UHGV virus genome: UHGV-0210596
DNA from: a virus
Reading direction: 5' to 3' (one strand)
DNA: 64,000 bases
Part shown: positions 1 to 8,841 of the stretch, piece after piece
Position numbering within the stretch: the first letter of the stretch is position 1
Layout: each line of letters starts with the position of its first letter
Notes under the pieces: generated by a model
Told to the model about the DNA's origin: nothing
Database searches by the model: none
What the model saw: the letters and a program-made list of their open reading frames with translations, nothing else
Translations under genes and position numbers: made by a program

Positions 1-27
1 GTGGCCGAAACTTCAAAGCAATGTATT

Positions 28-468
28 ATGGCTTGTAATTGCAATCAAAACAAAATCCAGCCTGCGTCCATTACGCCTGTATTGGCCGTCGGGTCGGTGG
101 CTTCGCCGTACTTTGTGCAGGTGAACATCACACAACGTCTATGTTTCAGCACTTGCGTAGAGCAGACGCCCGTCTTTAATCCGCGTTTCAGCGTTAAATC
201 CGTTAGCAACGTCGGCACTAATCAGTACGTTATGACACTTCACGTCGAGGGTATAATATCCTATGTAGCGTGCAAGGGCGGATGCGGATGTACTAAGCAA
301 CAGCCGTTGTCGCAAGATTTCACTATTCCCGTGTACTCGACAACAACGCCGAATCTGACGCTGACGCAAGGCGCGACCGTCAATGCCGTTGCCGCAACGT
401 GCGGAAATCAATGCTCGCGCTCGTTTGTGAGTGAGACGCCGTTGACCTTAACAACGGCTGCGTCCTAA
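28..468 (+). CDS. Cys-rich hypothetical phage protein
   Basis: ORF starting MACNC at ATG 28; co-oriented with the next three ORFs. Confidence 0.7.
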   Translation: MACNCNQNKIQPASITPVLAVGSVASPYFVQVNITQRLCFSTCVEQTPVFNPRFSVKSVSNVGTNQYVMTLHVEGIISYVACKGGCGCTKQQPLSQDFTIPVYSTTTPNLTLTQGATVNAVAATCGNQCSRSFVSETPLTLTTAAS

Positions 469-478
469 ATCGTTTGTT

Positions 479-754
479 ATGGTGTGGGTAGCAATAGTGG
501 CGGCTCTCTGTTCGCTTTTGGCGCAGCACTTAGGCTTGGCCGAGGAAATCGCCAAGACCGCGCTTAGAATTGCGCAGTGTCCTAAGTGTACGACTATGTG
601 GGGAACACTCGCAGTCTTGCTCCTTTGCGGATATGATGTGTTCGCCGCTATTGCTCTTGCCCTACTTGCGGCCTATGCGTCGTTTTGGCTGGGGCTACCA
701 CTGATAATCTTACAGCGAATATATAACTGGTTATGGCAAAAACTAAACAAGTAA
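479..754 (+). CDS. Small membrane protein with CxxC
   Basis: Hydrophobic segments around CPKC. Confidence 0.7.
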   Translation: MVWVAIVAALCSLLAQHLGLAEEIAKTALRIAQCPKCTTMWGTLAVLLLCGYDVFAAIALALLAAYASFWLGLPLIILQRIYNWLWQKLNK

Positions 755-840
755 AAACAACGCAACCCGAACAGCCTACCACTTCTGATGGCGGATATAA
801 ACCGCTGCCGAAGTTTAACGGAGGTTGCCCGGGTTGCTGA
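733..840 (+). CDS. 35-aa hypothetical protein ending CPGC (not in ORF track)
   Basis: ATG 733 to TGA 840, fills the gap between flanking genes. Confidence 0.5.
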   Translation: MAKTKQVKTTQPEQPTTSDGGYKPLPKFNGGCPGC

Positions 841-857
841 CCGAAACAATAAAAACA

Positions 858-1349
858 ATGAAGTACAATGACTTAATAATCGAAGCACGCCGCAACGGTG
901 TTTGGAATGACGCCGCGATGGAAAAATCCGTGAAATCCGTTGACAGCCTTTTGCAGTACGTCAAAGACGTCAACAAGGAAGTCTATTGGGCATTTATGCG
1001 CCAACAGTGCGGTATCCTTTACGGACAGCATTACAACGAAACCTTTGCGACGTATGATGTGGGGCAAATGTGCAGTACCGACAAAGGCGGAAATACGCGG
1101 CGTGGTGCTTATTGGTCTGTGGCGCAAATAGAGGATGCAACGCGCGGCCTTGATTTTCCCGAAGGCGTAACCCAATGGGACAAATACGTGGCCTTTAACG
1201 CCATGTGGCACGATATGCGCGGCGACCTTGACGACAGCCAAATATTGGTAGCGGCATATAACTTCTACTTTGCGGACGAAGATTGCGATGACACGGCGAC
1301 AAAGATATGGCGGTATATGGCTTGTATGAACAAGCCGAGCGCCGTTTAG
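858..1349 (+). CDS. Hypothetical phage protein
   Basis: A-rich leader before ATG 858; converges on the minus-strand operon. Confidence 0.75.
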   Translation: MKYNDLIIEARRNGVWNDAAMEKSVKSVDSLLQYVKDVNKEVYWAFMRQQCGILYGQHYNETFATYDVGQMCSTDKGGNTRRGAYWSVAQIEDATRGLDFPEGVTQWDKYVAFNAMWHDMRGDLDDSQILVAAYNFYFADEDCDDTATKIWRYMACMNKPSAV

Positions 1350-1741
1350 AACGGGAGATTTTCGCCGTTAGGGTCTGATGCAGGTTGCAGGGGCGCAACG
1401 CCGATAGGCGGATGCGGAGCAATAGGTGCAGGCGGCGGTGTTTGGACTTGTGCTTGCGGAGCGCCGACTTGCAGTGTTGCACGCCAAACGGACGCCGACA
1501 TCCACCAACGACCGTTATACTCCTTTGTCTCGAAGTCTATGTCCAGTTCGTAAACGCCGCCCTCTTGAATATTGAGCGTGTCGATGCGGTCATTCATCAC
1601 TGCGAAAAGTATTGCTTTCGGGTATTTCGTGTTTGTCTCGTCATAGGTAACGATGTACTCGCGCTTGCGCCATAGGTTGTTGGTTTTGGTCATTCCCTTA
1701 ACTTCGGGGAAGGCCTTAGTTATCTTGCCAGTTAATTTCAT
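1346..1741 (-). CDS. DUF3127-like single-stranded DNA-binding protein
   Basis: MKLTGKI..W.K.EY..YPK..EYNGRWW pattern, Pro/Gln linker, SSB-like C-terminal LPF. Confidence 0.8.
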   Translation of the reverse strand: MKLTGKITKAFPEVKGMTKTNNLWRKREYIVTYDETNTKYPKAILFAVMNDRIDTLNIQEGGVYELDIDFETKEYNGRWWMSASVWRATLQVGAPQAQVQTPPPAPIAPHPPIGVAPLQPASDPNGENLPF

Positions 1742-2045
1742 CTTCTTTGGTGAGATTGAGTGTGTCTATAATATGTTCGTAATTCTCGCGTGCGGTGCGG
1801 ATATGGTTAATTTCCCATTCCGTTTGGGCTATGCCGTCGTTGACAAACTGTCCCGACCGTCTGATATAAAGTCCGATCCACTGATGGGTATGCGGAGTGA
1901 ACTTATACAAGACGTAAGCCAGCATCTTACGGGCGATGCTGCGAATATGTGAGCCGTTAGGTTGTCGCAGCTCTTCCAATGTGTATCCGTAGCATCCGCA
2001 AACCGTTTCGACAATGCGGTCTTCAAGCCTTTTTGTCGCGCCCAT
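1716..2045 (-). CDS. DnaA C-terminal-like helix-turn-helix protein
   Basis: IVETVC..YG.T.EEL...ARK..Y...IG..I.R pattern; similar to 63574..63882. Confidence 0.6.
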   Translation of the reverse strand: MGATKRLEDRIVETVCGCYGYTLEELRQPNGSHIRSIARKMLAYVLYKFTPHTHQWIGLYIRRSGQFVNDGIAQTEWEINHIRTARENYEHIIDTLNLTKEDEINWQDN

Positions 2046-2718
2046 AGACTTGTGTGTATTTATTTAGGAAGATTTGGCCGTTATCCGAAGCAACGAAGCC
2101 GCAAGAGGGGTGTTCGGAGCAAAGGCCGTTTCGATAGACGCATTGCGGCACGAGGTGTCGTGCTAAATCGCGGTCAACAGCGCCGACTTTGCGGTTTATC
2201 AATCCCACAACGTAAGTCGTGAGGTCGGAAGCCTTGAAGCACAAGCGTTTATGCGCCATATTTATAAGAGCTTCCGCGTTGATAAGGAACGATAAGTCGG
2301 TGGGTGAATATCGGTCGAACTCCTCGGGCATAGTGCGGATGTCCGTTGCGGCCTTTGCGAGAGCTTGGTGTTGGAGTTCCGAGTCGTCGCATTCGGCGGC
2401 GGCTTCGAGGTAGCCGCTGATGTTGGTGCATATATCCTCGAAGTCAGCGCCGCCACGGTCAGTGCGTTTGGAGCGCTGGAAGAATTGCACTCCCACGTGA
2501 GAACGCACGAGTTGCGATGCTACGAATAGGGGGATGTTTTTGCACTCGACCCAGAATAATTGGGTGCGCATAAGGCTGTGTCCGAGGGCGTAGGCGCGTT
2601 CAAGCGTTATCTGACTTTCGTGTCCGATTGTTACAGATGCCGCTCGACGCAATAGGTCGATGTCCGTCAACTTAACGGCGGACACCTCGATTTTGTCAGT
2701 TATCATTTTTTTGTTCAT
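2023..2718 (-). CDS. thyX: FAD-dependent thymidylate synthase-like protein
   Basis: GHS..R, VASQLVRSH....QRS.R, KRLC..AS, VPQCVYR.G.C.E motifs. Confidence 0.75.
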   Translation of the reverse strand: MNKKMITDKIEVSAVKLTDIDLLRRAASVTIGHESQITLERAYALGHSLMRTQLFWVECKNIPLFVASQLVRSHVGVQFFQRSKRTDRGGADFEDICTNISGYLEAAAECDDSELQHQALAKAATDIRTMPEEFDRYSPTDLSFLINAEALINMAHKRLCFKASDLTTYVVGLINRKVGAVDRDLARHLVPQCVYRNGLCSEHPSCGFVASDNGQIFLNKYTQVYGRDKKA

Positions 2719-2947
2719 GGTCGGTATGTTGTGTTATATAGTTGCGGTTGCGGCGGAATGAGACGTCAGCGCCGATGTCGCGCGCGGATCTACCTTTGCC
2801 GAACCGTTGCATAAAACGGTCTGAATTACGGATTGCTCTATCCACGAAGTCCATTTCAAATTTGCTGAAATGGAATCCGAGGGCATTGTGATAGTTCGGT
2901 TTTACTATTCTCGATTTTGCTTTTGTTTTGTGTACTTCATTTTCCAT
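2696..2947 (-). CDS. Hypothetical protein
   Basis: Overlap-coupled ORF in operon. Confidence 0.55.
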   Translation of the reverse strand: MENEVHKTKAKSRIVKPNYHNALGFHFSKFEMDFVDRAIRNSDRFMQRFGKGRSARDIGADVSFRRNRNYITQHTDHEQKNDN

Positions 2948-3594
2948 TGCTGAAACTCTATTTCTTTCTTTCGGGCGTCCATACGTTCGCCGAGTTCTAC
3001 TATTGGTTTATTTCCGTCAGACACTTCTGCAAGAATATCTTGTGCAGCTTTCTCGCCGCGTTTGGCGCGTTCTTTGAGCAATAACAGATATTCTTCCCAC
3101 CCGACCGCCGAAGTGTCTGTATTGGGCTTATTTTGCGCTTGCGTTTCGGCTTGGTCGGAGATGTCCATTGCAACGCTTGTCCGTTCGCACACATAGTCAT
3201 CGAACCACTCAATAACTATGTTATAATCCAACCGACCGAATATTTTAGAGCGCAAACCGCGTTTGAGTACGGCCTTGACCTCAACGGGCTTGAGAAAACC
3301 GTATTCATCGAGGATGTCGTTGGCGAGTTCGCCGATTTGCGCCTCTGTAAGATTGTTCTCGACGTTGATAAGCCGTGCCGTTTGCACAAGTGCGTTTACG
3401 AGAATCGCTATTGCTTTGACGCGGCCGAGGTGATTGCGAATTACCCAAAGGTTCGGCGTATCAGCCTTGACCATTGCCGGAACATCCGTAGGCGTCATTG
3501 CTGCATAGTATTGTAGCGGCTGCGCGTTCCAATGCTGCATAGCGGTCATCGCCGCTTCGGACAGCGGAATTATTGCGTTTGTCTTTTCGTTCAT
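2905..3594 (-). CDS. Replication-associated protein following Rep (possible helicase loader)
   Basis: 229-aa ORF overlapping the Rep 3' end; function inferred from position only. Confidence 0.6.
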   Translation of the reverse strand: MNEKTNAIIPLSEAAMTAMQHWNAQPLQYYAAMTPTDVPAMVKADTPNLWVIRNHLGRVKAIAILVNALVQTARLINVENNLTEAQIGELANDILDEYGFLKPVEVKAVLKRGLRSKIFGRLDYNIVIEWFDDYVCERTSVAMDISDQAETQAQNKPNTDTSAVGWEEYLLLLKERAKRGEKAAQDILAEVSDGNKPIVELGERMDARKKEIEFQQWKMKYTKQKQNRE

Positions 3595-4168
3595 CTTTGA
3601 GGGCGAATAAACCTTGATAGCCGTTGGCAATCGTGTTTTTGACGATTTCCAGTGCTTGCTTCGGGTCGTTGTTGGACTTCTTGATTAATTGTTCGTATCC
3701 GATGCGTTCCGATTTTTCCGATTTGTACGGGCGTTTGGTTTCCTTGCGGTAATCGAGCCAAAGTTGCCACGGCTCGGCAAATTCGGGGGCGACAAAATCG
3801 GCGTCAACACTTAAAGTATTAGTTGAGATTTTGGATGTAATGGTGTGCCCTTGACTGCGCCCCTTAGTGCGCCCCTGACTGCGCCCCGTTCCTTTGTATT
3901 GCTCTATGTCACATATTGTTAGGTGCGCCCCTAAGTGCGCCCTTTGGTGCGCCCCTCGTGTGATTTTACCGCATTGCTCGAAAGCATCAAGCGCTGTGCG
4001 AACTTGCTTATATGTAACGCCGTTTTCAAGGGCAAAAGTTCTGCATTTTATCAGTACCTCGCCGTTTTCGTCAGCGGCAAACAGCAACGCGAGCCATATC
4101 CGCAACCTTTCGGGAGAACGGAATGTCGGGTCGTTAACCGTTTCCCGATTTATCGTTATCGTGTCCAT
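3461..4168 (-). CDS. Phage replication initiator (Rep/O-like)
   Basis: N-terminal wHTH-like region, LTICD..QY motif flanked by 4-aa repeats, C-terminal W..WLDYRKE....YKS...IANGYQGLF domain. Confidence 0.8.
   Translation of the reverse strand: MDTITINRETVNDPTFRSPERLRIWLALLFAADENGEVLIKCRTFALENGVTYKQVRTALDAFEQCGKITRGAHQRAHLGAHLTICDIEQYKGTGRSQGRTKGRSQGHTITSKISTNTLSVDADFVAPEFAEPWQLWLDYRKETKRPYKSEKSERIGYEQLIKKSNNDPKQALEIVKNTIANGYQGLFALKDERKDKRNNSAVRSGDDRYAALERAAATILCSNDAYGCSGNGQG
3844..3954 (-). repeat. Iterons inside rep (putative replication origin)
   Basis: TGCGCCC (GGGCGCA on minus) at 3856, 3868, 3880 and 3924, 3936, 3948, variant at 3844; 12-bp period, 44-bp step between blocks. Confidence 0.8.
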
Positions 4169-4388
4169 TGTCGCGGTTCTTTAAGCGAAAGCCGTATTCA
4201 TTACCCCAAAGGTACAATTCTTCGATATAGCCTTGCTCGATAAGGTGTTGAATAGCGGCATCGAACTCGCCCTTGATGTCCACCCAAACATCGAATGTAG
4301 GGGCGTAACACTCGTCTTGTTGTTGCTGCGCGGCTTCGTTTTCGTGCCGTGCGATGCTGTGCAGTATGAATTTTTCAAGTTCCGTCAT
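4134..4388 (-). CDS. Hypothetical wHTH-like protein
   Basis: 84-aa ORF in operon. Confidence 0.6.
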   Translation of the reverse strand: MTELEKFILHSIARHENEAAQQQQDECYAPTFDVWVDIKGEFDAAIQHLIEQGYIEELYLWGNEYGFRLKNRDNGHDNDKSGNG

Positions 4389-4547
4389 TGTTTGTATTAT
4401 TTGAGTTTGTTTGAAATCCAGCGTGTGCCGTGGTAAATACCTAAAACAGCAGCTTCGCCGAGGAATTGCAGTGCCTTGAACGGCAACATAAGGATTATTG
4501 CGATAGCGTTTAGCGCTATGTCGAGAATTGTTTTGAGCTGTTTCATC

Positions 4548-4970
4548 TTATCTTCCTGTTGAACCGAAACCGTCGTTTCCGCGTTGTGTATCGCTAAGTT
4601 CATCAACTTCTTCTAAGTCGATTTGCGGCGTCGGCATTATCACGAGTTGCGCAATGCGGTCGCCTTGCTGTATTATCATCTTTTTGTCGGTGGTGTTGAA
4701 TGCCATTACGCCTATTTCGCCGCGATAGTCGCTGTCTATGAGTCCGAGCGCGACTAATAAGCCTCGCTTGATTGTGTTGCCGCTGCGTCCCATAACGAAA
4801 GCACCGTAACCTTGCGGAAGTTCAACACTTATGCCCGTGTATAATAAAGCGCGTTGACCAGGCTCTAAAATTTGGAGGTCGATAGCCGTAAGGTCAAGTC
4901 CGCTTGCGCCAGTAGAAGCGTATGCCGGAACTACGGCTGATTTGTTTGTTTTCTTGATTTTGACTTTCAT
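4548..4970 (-). CDS. dut: dUTPase
   Basis: SGLDL, GRSG, GLIDSDYRGEI, GDRIAQL, RG..GFGSTG motifs. Confidence 0.97.
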   Translation of the reverse strand: MKVKIKKTNKSAVVPAYASTGASGLDLTAIDLQILEPGQRALLYTGISVELPQGYGAFVMGRSGNTIKRGLLVALGLIDSDYRGEIGVMAFNTTDKKMIIQQGDRIAQLVIMPTPQIDLEEVDELSDTQRGNDGFGSTGR

Positions 4971-5242
4971 TGTATTGTTGGTTTAGTATTTAGTTGCTAT
5001 GCCCATATCTTGTAAGCGTTGGCGGTCGGCTACCGCGCCGAGCCAATTCTCTGCGTCTTTTCGGGACTTGAATCATTTGCGCAGGCGGACACATCCTCCT
5101 GCGTTAGCCGTCTGAATTTCGGCACGAATGCCATAGCGAATGCGTCCACTGCGCGTGCGTCCGTGATTGTCCGTATAAATGCAGCAATATGAGCCGTGCC
5201 GCATTCTTTTTGCGCCGCTGCCGATGATTTGAGTGTATTCTC

Positions 5243-5494
5243 TCATATCCCTATCAGTGCTAAGATTAGCGTTTGCAGGCCGAAGCCGAGAGTTCCGCCG
5301 AGGATAGTTATCAGCCAGTCTATCCAGTCCCATTTGCCGCCCCAACGGATGTCCTTAAATTCCAGTGCCGAAGCGGAGAGGATAACGGCGTAAGCGGCGC
5401 AATAAAGGCCGTCGGCAAATAAGCCGATAAGGGCGCCGCCGAGCAGGTGCAGGTGGCGATTGGATGTTGTAAGCCAAGTAATTAGTTTATTCAT
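5243..5494 (-). CDS. Small membrane protein
   Basis: Hydrophobic; SNRHLH...E.KD...GG.WDWIDW..T..GG. Confidence 0.7.
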   Translation of the reverse strand: MNKLITWLTTSNRHLHLLGGALIGLFADGLYCAAYAVILSASALEFKDIRWGGKWDWIDWLITILGGTLGFGLQTLILALIGI

Positions 5495-5569
5495 TCGTGT
5501 TAGTTGTTTGGAGTTTCCGAATAAGTTATTGTTTCAGTCGTTTAAGTAGTTAAGCAGGTTTGAACAGGC

Positions 5570-6016
5570 TTATTTGGAGTTGGTTGCATAGGGTAGACGT
5601 GGGGCTTCGCGTTCCATTTGGGCAACAGCAGCATTGACGGAAATGAATAAGGGAAGCATAGATCCTATTGCTCCTTCTTCATTTAGTGTACTGAAATTCT
5701 CTTTCCGAAAATAGATGTTCACCCCTGCACCCGTAAGCCGTTTAACGGTTTCCAGCATCTCAGAGGCTGAACGTCCAAGGCATGAAAGTTCGGGAACGAT
5801 AAGCGTATCAACGTGGTGAGCCTCGCAGTATTGCAGACACTCCGACAGGATAGGGCGCTTCACATCGCTTGTGGGTTCTATAAAAGGCAAGCGAGCAAAT
5901 ATGTAGCCGCGTTCATCGGCTATGGCAGCAAGTTCACACGCGAAACTCGCAGCATCTACGCGGTTCGTTTCAGGTGATCTACAGGCGTATACAACACAGG
6001 TCTGTTTCGTTTTCAT
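5570..6016 (-). CDS. Truncated, degenerate serine resolvase-like protein
   Basis: RP.L..C, DTLIV.ELS.LGRS..E, AQMERE; N-terminal YxRxS replaced by YACRS; no DNA-binding domain. Confidence 0.7.
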   Translation of the reverse strand: MKTKQTCVVYACRSPETNRVDAASFACELAAIADERGYIFARLPFIEPTSDVKRPILSECLQYCEAHHVDTLIVPELSCLGRSASEMLETVKRLTGAGVNIYFRKENFSTLNEEGAIGSMLPLFISVNAAVAQMEREAPRLPYATNSK

Positions 6017-6127
6017 TGGTTGTTTTATTTTTTCAGTTGTTTAAGCAGTTTTTTGATTTTCGTCCGCCGCTTTTTCGGGCCGCGGACAATCGCGCGGGAA
6101 CACATCGCCACAAGCAGCTCGATCATC

Positions 6128-6325
6128 TTAGTCTTGTCTACTTCCATTGCCGTTTATTTTGTCGGTGATTTTTTGATTGAGGCGGAAGATAACATCGCCC
6201 TCAAAACTCAGGCATACGACTTTGCAGCTCGTGTTGCTGAATGCACATCCTTGACAGCCAAGGAAATCTTTGTTCACAACCTCGTAGAATTTGCCGTCAA
6301 GGACAATGCCGTTTAGTTTGTTCAT
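6128..6325 (-). CDS. Small Cys-rich hypothetical protein
   Basis: NGI..DGKFYE..C..C.F...C...C. Confidence 0.6.
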   Translation of the reverse strand: MNKLNGIVLDGKFYEVVNKDFLGCQGCAFSNTSCKVVCLSFEGDVIFRLNQKITDKINGNGSRQD

Positions 6326-6359
6326 CTTTCATCTCTTTTAATCTGATTTGCAGACGTTT

Positions 6360-6644
6360 TCAGTTATTTTCGCGCTTGATTAGGACAAGACCAATTTCAT
6401 AATTGTTCAGTTTTAATTGCAGACGTTGTTTGTAGCGGATAAGGGCGTCATGGATTTCTTGTTGCGCGATGTCGTCTGTCTCGATTGAAATATTCGCCCA
6501 GTTGTCATCGCCATCCTCGTCCGAATACTCGATGTTGACTTCGCTTATCCTTGTGCTTTCGAGTTCAAGCGCAGCGCATTTGGAAAGGGCGAGGTGCAAA
6601 CGCCCAATCTCTAATATTTGTCTATCTTTTTGTTCTGTATTCAT
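6360..6644 (-). CDS. Hypothetical protein, paralog of 7887..8159
   Basis: Shared RLH..S.C..EL and DA.IRY.QRL. Confidence 0.65.
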   Translation of the reverse strand: MNTEQKDRQILEIGRLHLALSKCAALELESTRISEVNIEYSDEDGDDNWANISIETDDIAQQEIHDALIRYKQRLQLKLNNYEIGLVLIKRENN

Positions 6645-7114
6645 TGGTTGTCGTCTGATTTATTAGTGGGTTGATTGTCTTGTTTTGATTCGATGTTTTG
6701 TTTGTAGTCTTGCACGAACTTGTATATCGCGTCAAGAAAGTATTTTTTGAATGTGGCATCTTCGGTATAAAGCAACACTTGGTCCCTTTTGAGGCAATCC
6801 ATTTTTGCGTGTGAATTAAAGAAGGGTATGTTCATGCGGATACATGGTATACTCTCGGCATCAATATCCAACAACCGCATACACATAACAACTGTCTCTA
6901 AGTACTTCTTTCGATTAATAACATCTTCAAGTGTCATTTTCGTGATGTCCAGCAGTGTAAATGTGTATTTGGCTTCGTTGTCGTTGTTTGCTTTGTCGCT
7001 TTTGCTCGTCTCTTTGTCTTTGACTTTATTGCTGTCTTTGACAGCGATGCGTATGATTGCATAGACTGCGAAGCACACAGCAATTCCGCAAACATATCCT
7101 ATTGTAAACTCCAT
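6641..7114 (-). CDS. Hypothetical protein with N-terminal TM helix
   Basis: 157-aa ORF, overlap-coupled. Confidence 0.65.
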   Translation of the reverse strand: MEFTIGYVCGIAVCFAVYAIIRIAVKDSNKVKDKETSKSDKANNDNEAKYTFTLLDITKMTLEDVINRKKYLETVVMCMRLLDIDAESIPCIRMNIPFFNSHAKMDCLKRDQVLLYTEDATFKKYFLDAIYKFVQDYKQNIESKQDNQPTNKSDDNQ

Positions 7115-7293
7115 TTTATTGTTTTTATTAGTTTGTATGGTTTTTTTGATTCGAGATACTTATACACGCGGATTTCGGGGTATTGTTTGCGGTAATACTC
7201 GTCTTTGCGTATCGCATTGAGAGTCTTGCGTATCCCTCCTAAGATTTTGCCAGCCGGCTATGCCGTGTGATATTTCGAGTATGATGTATGCTT

Positions 7294-7533
7294 TCATCTC
7301 ATATCTTTTAAGAATTTATCAGTCACTTCTTTGCCGAGTTCGTAGACGTGGATGCAGACTTCGGTAATGCCGGCATCGGCAGCGTCTTGTTTGATTAGCG
7401 GTACAAGTATATGTACCTTGCCGACCGTGTCTTTCGCCTCGTAGAACGGTGTTGTTTCATCAACCACCCAATAAGAGTGATCTTTTAGTCCGTAACAATC
7501 GTAATAATTAGCAATAACTATGTATCGTTCCAT
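7294..7533 (-). CDS. Hypothetical protein, paralog of 32107..32331
   Basis: Shared YIV..NYYD..G, FYEAKD..GKV, VYELG..VTDKF. Confidence 0.75.
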   Translation of the reverse strand: MERYIVIANYYDCYGLKDHSYWVVDETTPFYEAKDTVGKVHILVPLIKQDAADAGITEVCIHVYELGKEVTDKFLKDMR

Positions 7534-7642
7534 ATTTTTGGTTTTTTTATCTTCATACTATCGCTATTATTTGCGGTTTGTCTGTGTTGACTGTAACTTT
7601 CGCTTGCGGTTTGCTTGGCATCCAATCTTCGATTATACGCCA

Positions 7643-7900
7643 TTACCGACCGCGTTGCGCCATAATCCATTTTTGTTTTAATTCGTTAAGACGGCCTTGC
7701 AGGCATTTGACGTATTCGGGACGGCCAATATATCCGTTAGAATCGCTATTTCCGCCCGTGTTGTCATAGTCGTATTCATCCTCATCTTCCCATTGAAGTT
7801 CCTTTATGACCTTTATGGCTTTTTCTATGGTTCTATAACGATTTTCTGTTGCGCAGTATTTTTGGTGGCGTAGGTAGTCGTCTATGTTAAACCTGAGCAT
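7643..7900 (-). CDS. Hypothetical protein
   Basis: ORF in operon. Confidence 0.55.
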   Translation of the reverse strand: MLRFNIDDYLRHQKYCATENRYRTIEKAIKVIKELQWEDEDEYDYDNTGGNSDSNGYIGRPEYVKCLQGRLNELKQKWIMAQRGR

Positions 7901-8159
7901 CTTGCAATTCGTTTATTTGGGAGATCAGACGTTGCCGATAACGAATAACAGCGTCGCGGACATCTCGTGCCAAAGTCTCATCGCTGTTTACAAGCAGCGT
8001 CCTTTGTTTTTGTTTATCGCCATCTTCCGAGATACTTCCCTCAATAGTTATATCTACGTGCGTGGGATTGTCTATTAGCTCCACTGTATAACACTCGCTG
8101 ATTAAGACGTGAAGCCGTATTGCCTCCTTGGTCTTTTCGGTTTCTGTCATTTTTTTCAT
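7887..8159 (-). CDS. Hypothetical protein, paralog of 6360..6644
   Basis: See 6360..6644. Confidence 0.65.
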   Translation of the reverse strand: MKKMTETEKTKEAIRLHVLISECYTVELIDNPTHVDITIEGSISEDGDKQKQRTLLVNSDETLARDVRDAVIRYRQRLISQINELQDAQV

Positions 8160-8488
8160 TTTTTTGGTTGTTGTCGATTGATGATTTGGGTTATGGTCAA
8201 GCGAATGATGTCCATAACCGAATAGCCCTTAGATGTCAGATTGACCATTTCGGACGAATGGGCGATGTCGTTTGCGATGTTTTCCATTCCTGCAAGGACG
8301 TCAATAGACAAGTCCTTTGCGCCGCATACGCGGTAGACGCCCGTCAGATACTCCATATTCGTATAACTTTTTACGCTTGGGCGGTGGCGAATATACCAGA
8401 TGCCGTCATTAAAGTAGTCCATATTGACTACTCGACCAAAAGGAACGTAGCGCCGCCCCTCTTTGCGGTAAACGTTTTCGTCTATCAT
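8156..8488 (-). CDS. Hypothetical protein
   Basis: YRK.GRRYVPFG...DGIWY pattern. Confidence 0.7.
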   Translation of the reverse strand: MIDENVYRKEGRRYVPFGRVVNMDYFNDGIWYIRHRPSVKSYTNMEYLTGVYRVCGAKDLSIDVLAGMENIANDIAHSSEMVNLTSKGYSVMDIIRLTITQIINRQQPKK

Positions 8489-8510
8489 AATTATTTAAGT
8501 TAGTGGTGAT

Positions 8511-8593
8511 TGGAAGCCGCAACAGGATACGACCCTGCATTTCCCCGAAAAACAGTCCTAAGAAACGGGGCGTCTTGCTTAGACGATGCGGCC
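8511..8593 (-). ncRNA. tRNA-like element A: cloverleaf with 18-nt anticodon loop and encoded CCA
   Basis: Acceptor GGCCGCA/TGCGGCT+T+CCA; D arm GTCT-AAGCA-AGAC; stem CCCCG/CGGGG; T arm GCAGG-GTCGTAT-CCTGT. Confidence 0.7.
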
Positions 8594-8693
8594 ATAGCGG
8601 TTTGGGCGCTTACACCCTCACGGGTCGGGCGCTTGGCATTGCCGCCGTGCCGGTCTTTTTGTCCAAATAGAACACTATCTGCGATTGCTTAGT

Positions 8694-8751
8694 TGTGCCG
8701 CAGATAGGTCGCGAGCCTATCGGACGACCGCTGTCGCTTCGTCACTGCGGC
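8694..8751 (-). ncRNA. tRNA-like element B (acceptor stem plus T arm)
   Basis: GCCGCAG/CTGCGGC+ACA; T arm ATAGG-CTCGCGA-CCTAT. Confidence 0.55.
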
Positions 8752-8841
8752 GTGAAGTCAGCCTATTCTCGCGAACCAGCCGACGGAATAATAAAATCCA
8801 AACAATTCAGTTCACTATGAAGAAATCGTACTTACTTTGTA

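Noticed and set aside
8511..8593. Calling the tRNA-like elements functional tRNAs with specific anticodons
   Set aside because: None has a canonical 7-nt anticodon loop
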